Shown: piece by piece, positions 8,888 through 17,419 of the stretch
How positions within the stretch are numbered: the first letter of the stretch is position 1
Layout: every line of letters starts with the position of its first letter
Source of the DNA: Planctomycetales bacterium
GTDB taxonomy: Bacteria; Planctomycetota; Planctomycetia; Isosphaerales; Isosphaeraceae
DNA: 29,674 bases
Reading direction: 5' to 3'
NCBI GenBank assembly: GCA_027451455.1
Contig: DAIDJI010000001.1
Coordinates: 1-29,674, forward strand
The notes under the pieces: generated by a model
What the model saw: the letters and a program-made list of their open reading frames with translations, nothing else
What the model was told of the DNA's origin: nothing
Database searches by the model: none
Position numbers and translations under genes: made by a program

Positions 8888-9523
8888 ATGATGACTCGAC
8901 AATCGACCGTCGTCGGAGTGTTCGACGACCGGCTCCAGGCGGACCGGGCAATCGACGAGCTGCGCCGCGCCGGGTTCAGCGACGATCAGATCGGCGTCGC
9001 GATGCGATACGAGGCCACGAGCGAGGCGATGGGAGGCGAAGACCTCGACGGTGATCGGGACGATACCCAGGCCGGTGCCGGCGCCGTCGCAGGGATTCTG
9101 GGCGGGCTGGGACTGGGTGCTCTGGCCGGGCTCGGAGTGCTCTCGGGAATGATCCCGGTGATCGGCCCGGCGATCGCGGGCGGGACGCTGGGCGTCATCC
9201 TCACAAACGCCGCGGTCGGTGCGGGAGTCGGCGGAATGGTCGGTGCTCTGGCCGGCGCCGGCATCCCCGAGGACGAGGCGCAATATTATCAGGGCGAGTT
9301 CGAGGCCGGGCGAGTCATCGTCACTGTCCGCCCGGACGGTCGTGCCGACGAGGCCCGCGCCGTGATGCGCCAGTTCGGCGCATACGACGTGAGCGGCCGG
9401 CCGGACCGCGAGGCCCGCGCCGCCAACATGGCGAACAAGTCGATCGACGTGCCGGTCCGTGGCGAGGATGTCGTCGGCACCGAGGCCGACACCGCCCACG
9501 GACAGGGCCGCATCCTGCTCTGA
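8888..9523 (+). CDS. General stress protein-like (YflT/17M-type domain with glycine-zipper membrane segment)
   Basis: VVGVFDDRLQADRAIDELRRAGFSDDQIGV, a long Gly/Ala-rich hairpin, and GIPEDEAQYYQGEFEAGRVIVTV. GAGGAG RBS; start 8888 or 8891. Confidence 0.85.
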   Translation: MMTRQSTVVGVFDDRLQADRAIDELRRAGFSDDQIGVAMRYEATSEAMGGEDLDGDRDDTQAGAGAVAGILGGLGLGALAGLGVLSGMIPVIGPAIAGGTLGVILTNAAVGAGVGGMVGALAGAGIPEDEAQYYQGEFEAGRVIVTVRPDGRADEARAVMRQFGAYDVSGRPDREARAANMANKSIDVPVRGEDVVGTEADTAHGQGRILL

Positions 9524-9608
9524 TCAGGTGAGGCCCGCAGAGATCCGATCGATTCATCGTGACGGGCGGGGGACCGGGGCGACCGGTGCCCTCGCCCGAT
9601 GCCATTGG

Positions 9609-9848
9609 TTACCAGCCCCGGTCGACGCCGCCGATATGCTGGCTGACCACGTCGAGGAGCCGACTGGCCTCCTCGGTTCCGAGATTCTGGTTGATCCGGA
9701 CCCGGAAGACACGCTCGCCCGTCCAGTGCCGGCTTTTGGCCTCGTCGCGAGCGTGGACGATCACACCCTGGAACGTGCTCCGCTTCATCAACTCGTCGAT
9801 CAGCTCCTCGGTGCTGAAGAGCTCCAGCTCACCCGGTTGGTTACGCAT
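9609..9848 (-). CDS. Small hypothetical protein (79 aa)
   Basis: GAGGA RBS before ATG 9848. Protein-like sequence LELFSTEELIDELMKRSTFQGVIVH. Confidence 0.65.
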   Translation of the reverse strand: MRNQPGELELFSTEELIDELMKRSTFQGVIVHARDEAKSRHWTGERVFRVRINQNLGTEEASRLLDVVSQHIGGVDRGW

Positions 9849-10006
9849 CTCTGTCCTCGCGGTCCCCGCGGGGAACGGGCATCGTCCCCGCTTGCGTCGC
9901 TTCCTGTGCTCCCCCAAACCCGGCCTGGTTCGGGCGAAGTTTCATATTAGCAACTCGCTCGGAGCCTGGCGAGTGGCTTCTGATCCGTCGCGATCATCGG
10001 GCGATC

Positions 10007-10672
10007 TCAGCCGGACATCGGTGATCCGTCGTAATGGCGGAGGAGGTCGGCTGGGTCCCGGTAGATGGCGATGCAGCCAGCGCCTCGGAGCGCGGCCTCA
10101 GACCATCCGCCACAGAGCATCCCGATCGTTCGGAGCCCCGCCTTGCCGGCCGACTCGGCATCGTACGGTGTGTCCCCGATGGCGACAACCTCCGAGGGGT
10201 CCATTCCCCCCAGCCGCCCGAGCGCTGCTTCAAAAATGTCGGGGTGCGGCTTCGACCGCTCGGCGTCGTCCGACGACGTTTCGGCGTCGAGCAGATCGGC
10301 GATCCCTGCGAGCTCCTTGTAGTTTTGCAGTTCATCCCCCTTCGCCGAAGACGCCAGGGCGATCCGGAGGTCCGCCTCCTCGATCCGTTCGAAAAGCTCG
10401 CGGACCATCGGGAACGGCCTGACCCTCGGCAGGTACACCCGTTTGAAGAGGTCCTTGCGAAACGCCTCGATCTCCTCGCCCCAACGGCGGACCTCGTCCT
10501 CGGGCAGGAGCGCTGGTAACAGCAGATCGCCTCCCTTGCCAATCTGTGCCCGGACCCGATCGTACGAGAGGTCGTGTCCGAAATGGCGGAGAGCTTCTTG
10601 CCACGATGCGGCGTGAAGATCCACCGAGTCAATCAGCGTTCCGTCAATGTCGAAGATGACCGCCCTGACCAT
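10007..10672 (-). CDS. HAD-superfamily hydrolase (class IA)
   Basis: Motif I FDIDGTLIDS, LASS, KPHPDIF and motif IV IGDTPYD. GGAGG RBS 8 nt before ATG 10672. Confidence 0.92.
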   Translation of the reverse strand: MVRAVIFDIDGTLIDSVDLHAASWQEALRHFGHDLSYDRVRAQIGKGGDLLLPALLPEDEVRRWGEEIEAFRKDLFKRVYLPRVRPFPMVRELFERIEEADLRIALASSAKGDELQNYKELAGIADLLDAETSSDDAERSKPHPDIFEAALGRLGGMDPSEVVAIGDTPYDAESAGKAGLRTIGMLCGGWSEAALRGAGCIAIYRDPADLLRHYDGSPMSG

Positions 10673-10802
10673 CGCCATGTCCTCCAGATTCCGCACCAGT
10701 TCCTCGGACATTCCGCAACTCCTAGGCCGGGGCAGGCCCACCTCCACGTACCCCCTCCCTATTTTTTGGATCGGATCATTCATGTCATGCAAGTAAATTG
10801 AG

Positions 10803-10815
10803 TATTATCATAATA
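10803..10815. promoter_or_regulatory. Palindrome TATTAT-C-ATAATA in the AT-rich divergent HAD/FkbM intergenic region
   Basis: Perfect 6-bp arms, overlapping -10-like hexamers on both strands. Confidence 0.35.
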
Positions 10816-10985
10816 TCGCTTATCACAAATCGTTCGAGCATCCCTCCGGGATGGGCTGATGGGTTGGATCGAATCGGTTTCACCTTGACGCGCGGACAGG
10901 GTTGGCATACCCTCCCACCGCAGTGCAGCCGGTGGCGATGCACGCCGTCGCGCGACCTGGGAGTAGTTCGAGCGGCGAGGATCCC

Positions 10986-12125
10986 ATGGCACAAGGATTG
11001 TCGCGTTTCTGTCCCAGACCCCTGCGACCAGTCCTGCGGCCGATCGTCCGAGCCGGTCGCCGTTGGGCTCAGGGGCTGGCAAGATTCGTTCTCGGATCGC
11101 CGACCGAACCCGCCGCTCCCGTCCGGGTTCGCCCTCCGCATACACTCCTTCCCACCTCGGCCACAACCAGGGGCCAGAGCCCGGACGACCTCATCGAATC
11201 CCTGGACATCCCTCCTGACGCGAAGCGCCGCATCCGAATGACCCTTGGCTGTGCAGACTGCGCCACCCTTCCAAAGGTGCCCCACGCCGGGGAGGTTCTC
11301 GATGGGCCGTTGGGCCGTTACCATGTCATGCACAACGGCGTCAAGGTGGTTGAGGATTGCTATTATGGGCGGTGGATGACCGAGTTGATCCGCCGCCTCC
11401 ATGGGCATCATGAACCGCAGGAGGAGCGGGCCTTCCACGAGATCCTCCGCCACGTCCCATCTGGTGGGACGATGCTCGAATTGGGCAGCTACTGGGCCTA
11501 TTATTCGCTCTGGTTTCGGCACCAGATTCCCGAGGCCCGGAACTACCTTATTGAGCCCGACCCGCAAAACCTCGAGACGGGCCGACGAAACTTTGCCCTG
11601 AATGGAGAGGTGGGCGAGTTCTTCTCGTTCAGCATCGGTCGCCAGCCCGCTCCCCCCGCGCCCTTCCTCTGCGAGAGCGAAGGAACAATCCGCCCGGTTC
11701 CGATGACCTCGATCGATGCCTTCCTGGAACACGTCGGCATTTCTCACGTGGATGTGCTGCTTTCCGACATTCAGGGTGCCGAGGTCGACATGCTGGAGGG
11801 AGCCGCCGACAGCATCGCGGCTGGCCTAATCCGATTTATAATCGTATCTACACATCACCACTCAATCTCTAAAGATCCGCTGACACATCAGAGGTGCCTG
11901 GGATTCCTGTACGACCGGGGAGCGCACATTCTCTGCGAGCACAGCGTATCCGAGTCCTACAGCGGAGACGGACTGATCGTCGCCTCGTTTCGGCCCGAGG
12001 ATCAGCGTATTCCGCCGATCAAGATCAGTCGGAACACGCCCAGCAACAGCTTTTTCCGCGAGTTGGAGTACGACCTGGACGATGCCTGGCGGGAGATTCG
12101 GCGGCGGGGCGGTACACCTCGCTGA
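10986..12125 (+). CDS. FkbM family methyltransferase
   Basis: HEPQEE, MLELGSYWAYYS, IEPDP, SIDAF and LLSDIQGAEVDML motifs. GAGGA RBS before ATG 10986. Confidence 0.88.
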   Translation: MAQGLSRFCPRPLRPVLRPIVRAGRRWAQGLARFVLGSPTEPAAPVRVRPPHTLLPTSATTRGQSPDDLIESLDIPPDAKRRIRMTLGCADCATLPKVPHAGEVLDGPLGRYHVMHNGVKVVEDCYYGRWMTELIRRLHGHHEPQEERAFHEILRHVPSGGTMLELGSYWAYYSLWFRHQIPEARNYLIEPDPQNLETGRRNFALNGEVGEFFSFSIGRQPAPPAPFLCESEGTIRPVPMTSIDAFLEHVGISHVDVLLSDIQGAEVDMLEGAADSIAAGLIRFIIVSTHHHSISKDPLTHQRCLGFLYDRGAHILCEHSVSESYSGDGLIVASFRPEDQRIPPIKISRNTPSNSFFRELEYDLDDAWREIRRRGGTPR

Positions 12126-12330
12126 GCCGAATGGGTCCAGACGCAGGTATTCCCCGACGTGATCCGGGTCGTCGATGGCCGAGACGATTCGAGGGGTAGC
12201 CCGTTTGATGATCGCCCTGACCATCGCCCTCCTCTCGATCCGCCTGGGCCTTGCATCCTCCGGACACGCTGGTCCGCTCACCGACGCCATCGCTAACCTG
12301 CCTCCACTGCGACGAGCCAGGCCGGGCCAC

Positions 12331-14166
12331 TCAGGATCCGGCGGCTGGAGGTGATATAATGCGGATTCGATGATCTGTGTGGATCGAATGTGCCGACTTC
12401 CGCCAGACTTTGGGCATGTGACAGCCGACACAGCCCTTGACCGGCTCGACCGGGCAGGTCGTCTTGCCGGCCCCGTGACAGCTCAGGCACTGGGCCTCGT
12501 AGGGCCTGGACTCTCTCTCGAGGCGCTTGTGCGGGTCGTGGCAGGTGACGCAATGGAGCCGGCCATCGCTTGCCGAGTAGCATCGGCTCTTGAGGAGCCG
12601 GGCCCCCTGGAACCGGAACCACGCCGGGTCGTCCGGGTCGCCGACGGCCCCCCGGGGCTCGGTCAGCCCGTGGCACTCGCCGCAGCTCCGATTGATCGCA
12701 TCCGCGGAGAATCGCCCGGGGTTGACGACCGCCAGGTCCGACAGCCCTGCTTCGACGGCCAGCACGTGATGTCCGCCCGGCCCATGGCACCGCTCGCATC
12801 CGATCGCCGGATCGGCCGACTCAGGGCCGACCTGGTCCTCGATGGCGCGGAAGTTTGTCGTGTGGCAGGCCAGGCACCGCCTCTCGCCGTCGCCGGGATC
12901 CATCGGCTCCCCGATGAATTGGTCGGGATGGGCCGGTCGGGACGCCAGCCCGGTGGAGAGATCCCATCCCGATCCCCGGGGCGAGTGGTAGTAGGACATC
13001 CGGAGCATCCGGGCGCCCCCCCGCTCGGCCGAGCCGGTGAGGGTCACAAAATGATCAGGCGATCCGAATGCGTACCGGGCGATGGCCCGGAAGACCTGGT
13101 TGCCGACCTCGGTCTCGACACGGATGGCGTCACCGCGGCGCTCGAACCGGTGGCGGACCGCCGGATCGCCCGGGTCGGAGACCGGTCGATCGGGCACGGG
13201 GAACGACCGGGCCTCGCGCGCCAGGGCGAACGTCGTGCTGTGCCGGCTGGTGAGCGATGACTGGTATTCGGAGGGATGACAGTCGGCGCACCGCGACGCA
13301 CCGAGGTACGGGGCCGGCTCGGGCTCAAGGGGATGGTCACGGCGATACGACCCGGCCATCCGGAGTGTCTCGGCGGCCTGAGTCCACGCCTTCTCCTGGA
13401 GGAAGCATCGGCTGAGTAGCCAGGCGGACTCGGGATCCGCCTCCACGGCGGGCATGGTTCCAAGGGCGAGCCTCGCCTCAGTGGGCTTCCCGGCCTGGAG
13501 CCAGGAGCGCACCCAGAGCATCCGAATCGGCTGCAGCGGGAGAGGCGCAGCGGACTTGCCTTCCGGGTCGAGTTCGAAGGCGCGCTGGAACGCACTCGCT
13601 GCGCCCTCGGGATCGTGCCGGGCTGAGCGGAACGTCCCGAGCATCAGCAGCGCCCGGGCCTCCCGGCCCGGAACGTGCGACAACCTCTCGGCCATCGCTT
13701 CGGCCGAGACCAGTCGGTCCTTCCGGTAGTTGACTTGTGCCAGCTCCTCCAGGATCTCCAGCCGATCGGGATCGGCAGCCTGTGCCGCCTCCAGCGACAC
13801 CAGCGCAAGGTCATCCTGCCCGGTGCGGGCCAGAGCCCGACCGAGAAGGAAGTGGTCCTCGGCGGTCATCCATCCTGGCTCGATCCGGGCATAGGCCGCG
13901 ATCGCCGCCCGATCCCGGTCCTGCCGGGCAACCGACCTGGCGATCAGTCGAGCCGCCTCTCGGTCGTCGGGGACTTCCTTCAATCGCCGGCGTGCCAGCC
14001 GGACGGACCAGTCCCAATCGCCCTGATCATACGCACGGAGCGCTTCGGTGCCCGGCCCGGCGCCGAGGCCGGCCCACCACCCAAGCCCGGCCGCCGCTCC
14101 GAGCAGAGCCGCCAGGCCCGCCACGATCCAGCCGAAATGATATCGGAGCTCCGGAAAGCTCGCCAT
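12331..14166 (-). CDS. Membrane-anchored TPR protein fused to a multiheme cytochrome c (7 CxxCH)
   Basis: N-terminal TM, TPR helices, then CADCH, CLACH, CERCH, CGECH, CVTCH, CLSCH and CVGCH. Start moved to ATG 14166 (the ORF-track start would overlap the upstream gene). Confidence 0.9.
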   Translation of the reverse strand: MASFPELRYHFGWIVAGLAALLGAAAGLGWWAGLGAGPGTEALRAYDQGDWDWSVRLARRRLKEVPDDREAARLIARSVARQDRDRAAIAAYARIEPGWMTAEDHFLLGRALARTGQDDLALVSLEAAQAADPDRLEILEELAQVNYRKDRLVSAEAMAERLSHVPGREARALLMLGTFRSARHDPEGAASAFQRAFELDPEGKSAAPLPLQPIRMLWVRSWLQAGKPTEARLALGTMPAVEADPESAWLLSRCFLQEKAWTQAAETLRMAGSYRRDHPLEPEPAPYLGASRCADCHPSEYQSSLTSRHSTTFALAREARSFPVPDRPVSDPGDPAVRHRFERRGDAIRVETEVGNQVFRAIARYAFGSPDHFVTLTGSAERGGARMLRMSYYHSPRGSGWDLSTGLASRPAHPDQFIGEPMDPGDGERRCLACHTTNFRAIEDQVGPESADPAIGCERCHGPGGHHVLAVEAGLSDLAVVNPGRFSADAINRSCGECHGLTEPRGAVGDPDDPAWFRFQGARLLKSRCYSASDGRLHCVTCHDPHKRLERESRPYEAQCLSCHGAGKTTCPVEPVKGCVGCHMPKVWRKSAHSIHTDHRIRIISPPAAGS

Positions 14167-14234
14167 GACACCATCCACCCTTCGCTGGGGATACTGATGG
14201 AGACCCGACGGGATCCGATCGTAGTCCGTCGGGC

Positions 14235-15071
14235 TTATCCCGGTCGGCGAGGGGTCGGACCGGACTGCCTCCGCTCGGCGGCCAGGCCGCTCGAGAGGGC
14301 TGTGCTGACCGCCACGCAGGCGTAGGAGAGGCCGCGTGCTGCCCCCTGAGAAGCGATCGGTTCGAAGGTACGCATCAGCGGGAAGGCCAGGGAGTTGCTC
14401 GCCTCCAGGGCCATCGTTCCGATGAGAGCTCCAAGACATCCGCCGAGGATCGCCGGCCCGAGCCTGGATCGATCTTCCATCCCAAGGCCCAGGGCCAGCC
14501 CGGAAGCGGCTCCCACGCTTCCGAAGATGGCCGCATGGGTCAAGAACAGAACGAGCAGGCCCGAATCGGGGTCCTGGTACCGATAGAAGAGCGGGACGGC
14601 GATCCAGGACACCGCCGCTCCCGTCGCTGCGCCGACGGCACCCCCCGCAACCGCCCCGATGATCCGGCTCCGGGTCGAACTGGCCGCGCGGTTACCGATC
14701 CACCCGAGGCTTGCGGCCAGGACGAACCCCAGCCAGGCATAGCTCGCCGCCGCCCTCTTTCGATCGGCAGCGCCCCGAGCTAGGGCCTGAATCCTCGAAT
14801 CCATGGCCTCCTTCTGGTAACCCCCGAGCGTCTTGTAATTCGCCGGATAGACCGCCTCGTCTTCGAGGTGGAAGGTCGGGTAGATCGCCTCGCCTCCCGC
14901 CCAGGCGAGGAGAGCGGCGACAAGACCGCCTCCCAGTAACGGGAGCCAGATCGGGACGCGGGCCGCCCCCCGCGTGGCCGCCGCCGTCTTTGTGCCCATA
15001 TCCTCGGTCTGCGCTCCAGGGCTCTCCGTCGGAGGTGATGACGGGTTTGATTGAGATGGTTCAGCATTCAT
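14235..15071 (-). CDS. Polytopic Gly/Ala-rich membrane protein of unknown function
   Basis: Strong AAGGAGG RBS, about 6 hydrophobic segments. Lies 68 bp upstream of the TPR-cytochrome gene on the same strand. Confidence 0.8.
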   Translation of the reverse strand: MNAEPSQSNPSSPPTESPGAQTEDMGTKTAAATRGAARVPIWLPLLGGGLVAALLAWAGGEAIYPTFHLEDEAVYPANYKTLGGYQKEAMDSRIQALARGAADRKRAAASYAWLGFVLAASLGWIGNRAASSTRSRIIGAVAGGAVGAATGAAVSWIAVPLFYRYQDPDSGLLVLFLTHAAIFGSVGAASGLALGLGMEDRSRLGPAILGGCLGALIGTMALEASNSLAFPLMRTFEPIASQGAARGLSYACVAVSTALSSGLAAERRQSGPTPRRPG

Positions 15072-15484
15072 AGTGGCCCTCCTTTCGTCACGTCGATCGT
15101 CTGCCTCCTCGACGACCTGGAGAGTCCACGCCAGGCCCCTGGGACGACCCCAAATCCAAACTCACGCAGACCCCATCCGCTCAGTTGCAGGTTTCCCGGT
15201 GGATCGAGTGCGCCTCGACACGGAACCTCGACTCGATTCGTCTCCCATCAATGGACGGAGTGAGGGCGCGGGGCCGGGACCACGGCCGAACCCTTTGCCC
15301 GTTGGCAACCTGCGATCAACAGGACAAATCTAATTCACCATCGCCGAGATCCGCAACATGTCAGAGACGATCCCGAACCGGGGCCCATGAGGTCGGGTCT
15401 CGGGAAGCAACGGAGACTGTTAAGAAATATGTGCCATACCAGGCCAACCATTAAGTTATTAGGACAAGGAATTTGTTTGCTTCA

Positions 15485-15502
15485 CTATCAGGGGCCTGAT
15501 AG
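15485..15502. promoter_or_regulatory. Perfect inverted repeat CTATCAGG-GG-CCTGATAG, candidate transcription factor operator
   Basis: 8-bp perfect arms in the AT-rich, roughly 600-bp divergent intergenic region. Confidence 0.45.
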
Positions 15503-15678
15503 GATTCCGGAGCTTGCGATCGTTTAACGGGCCAGAACACATCGCGGCCCATCTTTCTCATACGACGCTTTGCGATTCGGTTGTCCGCTCGGACGGTCTG
15601 CCAGGTTCCATTCCGGTGACAGGCGACGGCCTGTCGACCGCATGGCAAGTAGCACTCATGATGAGGATCATTTCATCC

Positions 15679-15903
15679 ATGAAAGCGAGAGCCGCATCTC
15701 ATCGGGTGGCGTTCGTGTTCGCGTGTGTCCTGGGCGGGTCTTTCTTCGGCTGCAATCAGCCAGACAGTCCAGCGCCGGTGAAGCCAGCCGAGGCCCCGCC
15801 CGCGCCCTCCGATGCGGCGGTCAAGCCGCACGAGACGACAGAGGGCAAGGCCTACGGCAGTAACGACATGTACAAGAAGATGATGCGGAAGCCGGGTAGC
15901 TGA
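15679..15903 (+). CDS. Small putative lipoprotein (74 aa)
   Basis: Basic N-terminus, hydrophobic stretch and lipobox-like FFG-C, then a Pro/Ala-rich linker. Start may be 15658-15679. Confidence 0.65.
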   Translation: MKARAASHRVAFVFACVLGGSFFGCNQPDSPAPVKPAEAPPAPSDAAVKPHETTEGKAYGSNDMYKKMMRKPGS

Positions 15904-15987
15904 AACGACTGGCATCATCACACCCGAGGTCCCTCAGTATCTCCCCGCGAAGGGGCCGTTACGAATAAGGGCGTTGATATCGGGCCA

Positions 15988-16092
15988 GCGAGAGAGGGCG
16001 GGACGCAACCGTTCATCTCCTCGCCGCGGAGTTTTGCTCGCCCGGGTTCGGACCCCGGAGGATGGGAAGAGGCAACGGTTCATCTCATTCTC
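15988..16092 (+). repeat. Tandem direct repeat GCAAC(C/G)GTTCATCTC (16005-16019, 16072-16086), each copy embedded in a potential hairpin
   Basis: 14/15 identity, 67-bp period, complementary purine-rich upstream flanks. Confidence 0.55.
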
Positions 16093-16117
16093 GTAACTTG
16101 TCTCGAGGGACCTTTTG

Positions 16118-17281
16118 ATGAAGTACCTCAAGCGTCTGCGCAGACGGTTGCGTCTTGGCTTCACCCTGATCGAGCTGCTCGTCGTGATCGCCATCATCGC
16201 CGTACTGATTGCGCTGCTGCTGCCCGCGGTTCAGGCGGCCCGCGAGGCCGCACGCCGGTCTCAGTGCACCAACAACATGAAGCAGCTCGGCTTGGCTCTG
16301 GCGAACTATGAGTCGGCCACGAACGGGCTGCCCATGTGCTACCAGAACAACGCCCCGATCAGTAGCTTCGCTTACGGTTACATCGCGGGCGGATCCTCGG
16401 GGTGGGGCGCTTGCAGCCCGCAGTCCCTCATGCTGCCGTTCCTGGAGCAAGGCCCGACCTACAACTCCATCAACTGGAGTATCTGCACGACCGCGAACCT
16501 GGAGAATGGCATCCAGAAGACGGCCCTCGGCCAGCGGATCAATGCGTTCCTCTGCCCTTCCTCGCCCCTTCCGATCGGGGGTGACGGTTACTACATGAAT
16601 AACCAGTATCCCGGCAATAACTACTGGGGTTCGGTCGGCCCGTGCGTCGTTCCCTGGGCCTCCGCGAATCCGCCGGGGGTTTTCCAGATCGTGGGCAAGG
16701 GGATGTCGGGAGCGATCGGTTTCCGCGACATCACCGACGGAACCAGCAACACGATCGCCTTCGGTGAGTGGAAGATGGGCGACTTCAATTGCACGAAGCT
16801 CTCGCTCCAGGATGCGATCAATATTCGCCAGAATACCTTCCCCAATATGGGCGGTGGGGTCACCACCAAGCCGTTTGGGAGCTGGAACAATTCGACGGCC
16901 AGCAGCATGCCGTCGGCAGGCTTGCAGACGTTCATGGCCTTCCTGAATGCCTGCCAGGCGAAAGCTCCGAGTACGCTCGGTAAGTGGGAGGATAACAAGG
17001 GAATGCTCGGTCGGGAATGGGCCACGGGGATGTTCGGCCACACGCTGGGCACGACCCTCCTGCCGCCGAACCCGGCCTATTACAATTGCAACATGGAGTC
17101 GTGGGGCGGCGACTTCGACGCGCCCGGCATGTACAACCTGAGCAGCTACCATCCGGGCGGCGCCAACGTGGCCTTCGTCGACGGCCACGTCCAGTTCGTC
17201 AAGTCGAGCACTCAGATGAACATCATGTGGTATCTGGGAACGAAGGCCAGCGGCGATGTAATCTCGTCCGGCTCGTATTGA
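16118..17281 (+). CDS. DUF1559 domain protein with type IV prepilin-type N-terminal cleavage/methylation signal
   Basis: [10 protein letters not shown]|[46 protein letters not shown] and C-terminal [14 protein letters not shown] (H-X9-DG). GAGGGA RBS. Confidence 0.96.
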   Translation: MKYLKRLRRRLRLGFTLIELLVVIAIIAVLIALLLPAVQAAREAARRSQCTNNMKQLGLALANYESATNGLPMCYQNNAPISSFAYGYIAGGSSGWGACSPQSLMLPFLEQGPTYNSINWSICTTANLENGIQKTALGQRINAFLCPSSPLPIGGDGYYMNNQYPGNNYWGSVGPCVVPWASANPPGVFQIVGKGMSGAIGFRDITDGTSNTIAFGEWKMGDFNCTKLSLQDAINIRQNTFPNMGGGVTTKPFGSWNNSTASSMPSAGLQTFMAFLNACQAKAPSTLGKWEDNKGMLGREWATGMFGHTLGTTLLPPNPAYYNCNMESWGGDFDAPGMYNLSSYHPGGANVAFVDGHVQFVKSSTQMNIMWYLGTKASGDVISSGSY

Positions 17282-17339
17282 TCCAAGGCCCTCGGGTCGG
17301 CAACCGGAGCGGTGCAGTCGCGCGAGACGATGAGGATCG

Positions 17340-17365
17340 GGCCGGGTCTCTGTGGGGGCCCGGCC
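17340..17365 (+). terminator. Strong hairpin after the DUF1559 gene (mRNA stabiliser or partial terminator)
   Basis: GGCCGGG-TCTC-tgtg-GGGG-CCCGGCC gives an 11-bp stem with G-U pairs. There is no U-tract, so it is not a classical intrinsic terminator. Confidence 0.3.
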
Positions 17366-17419
17366 TCTCGTCATTGGCGTGCGCCGGGGCCGGCCACGAT
17401 CCGGGGCGGTGAGGCGACG

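Noticed and set aside
11240-11270. CADC in FkbM as a heme c site
   Set aside because: No His follows the CxxC and the protein has no export signal.
10785-11747. 320-aa minus-strand ORF
   Set aside because: Antisense shadow of the FkbM gene.
14167-14439. N-terminal extension of the TPR-cytochrome ORF
   Set aside because: It overlaps the upstream membrane protein gene on the same strand, and the signal anchor begins just after ATG 14166.
15415-15436. TGGCAC on the minus strand as a possible sigma-54 promoter (also TGGCA at 15643 and in 29376-29550)
   Set aside because: No GC dinucleotide at the required GG-N10-GC spacing.
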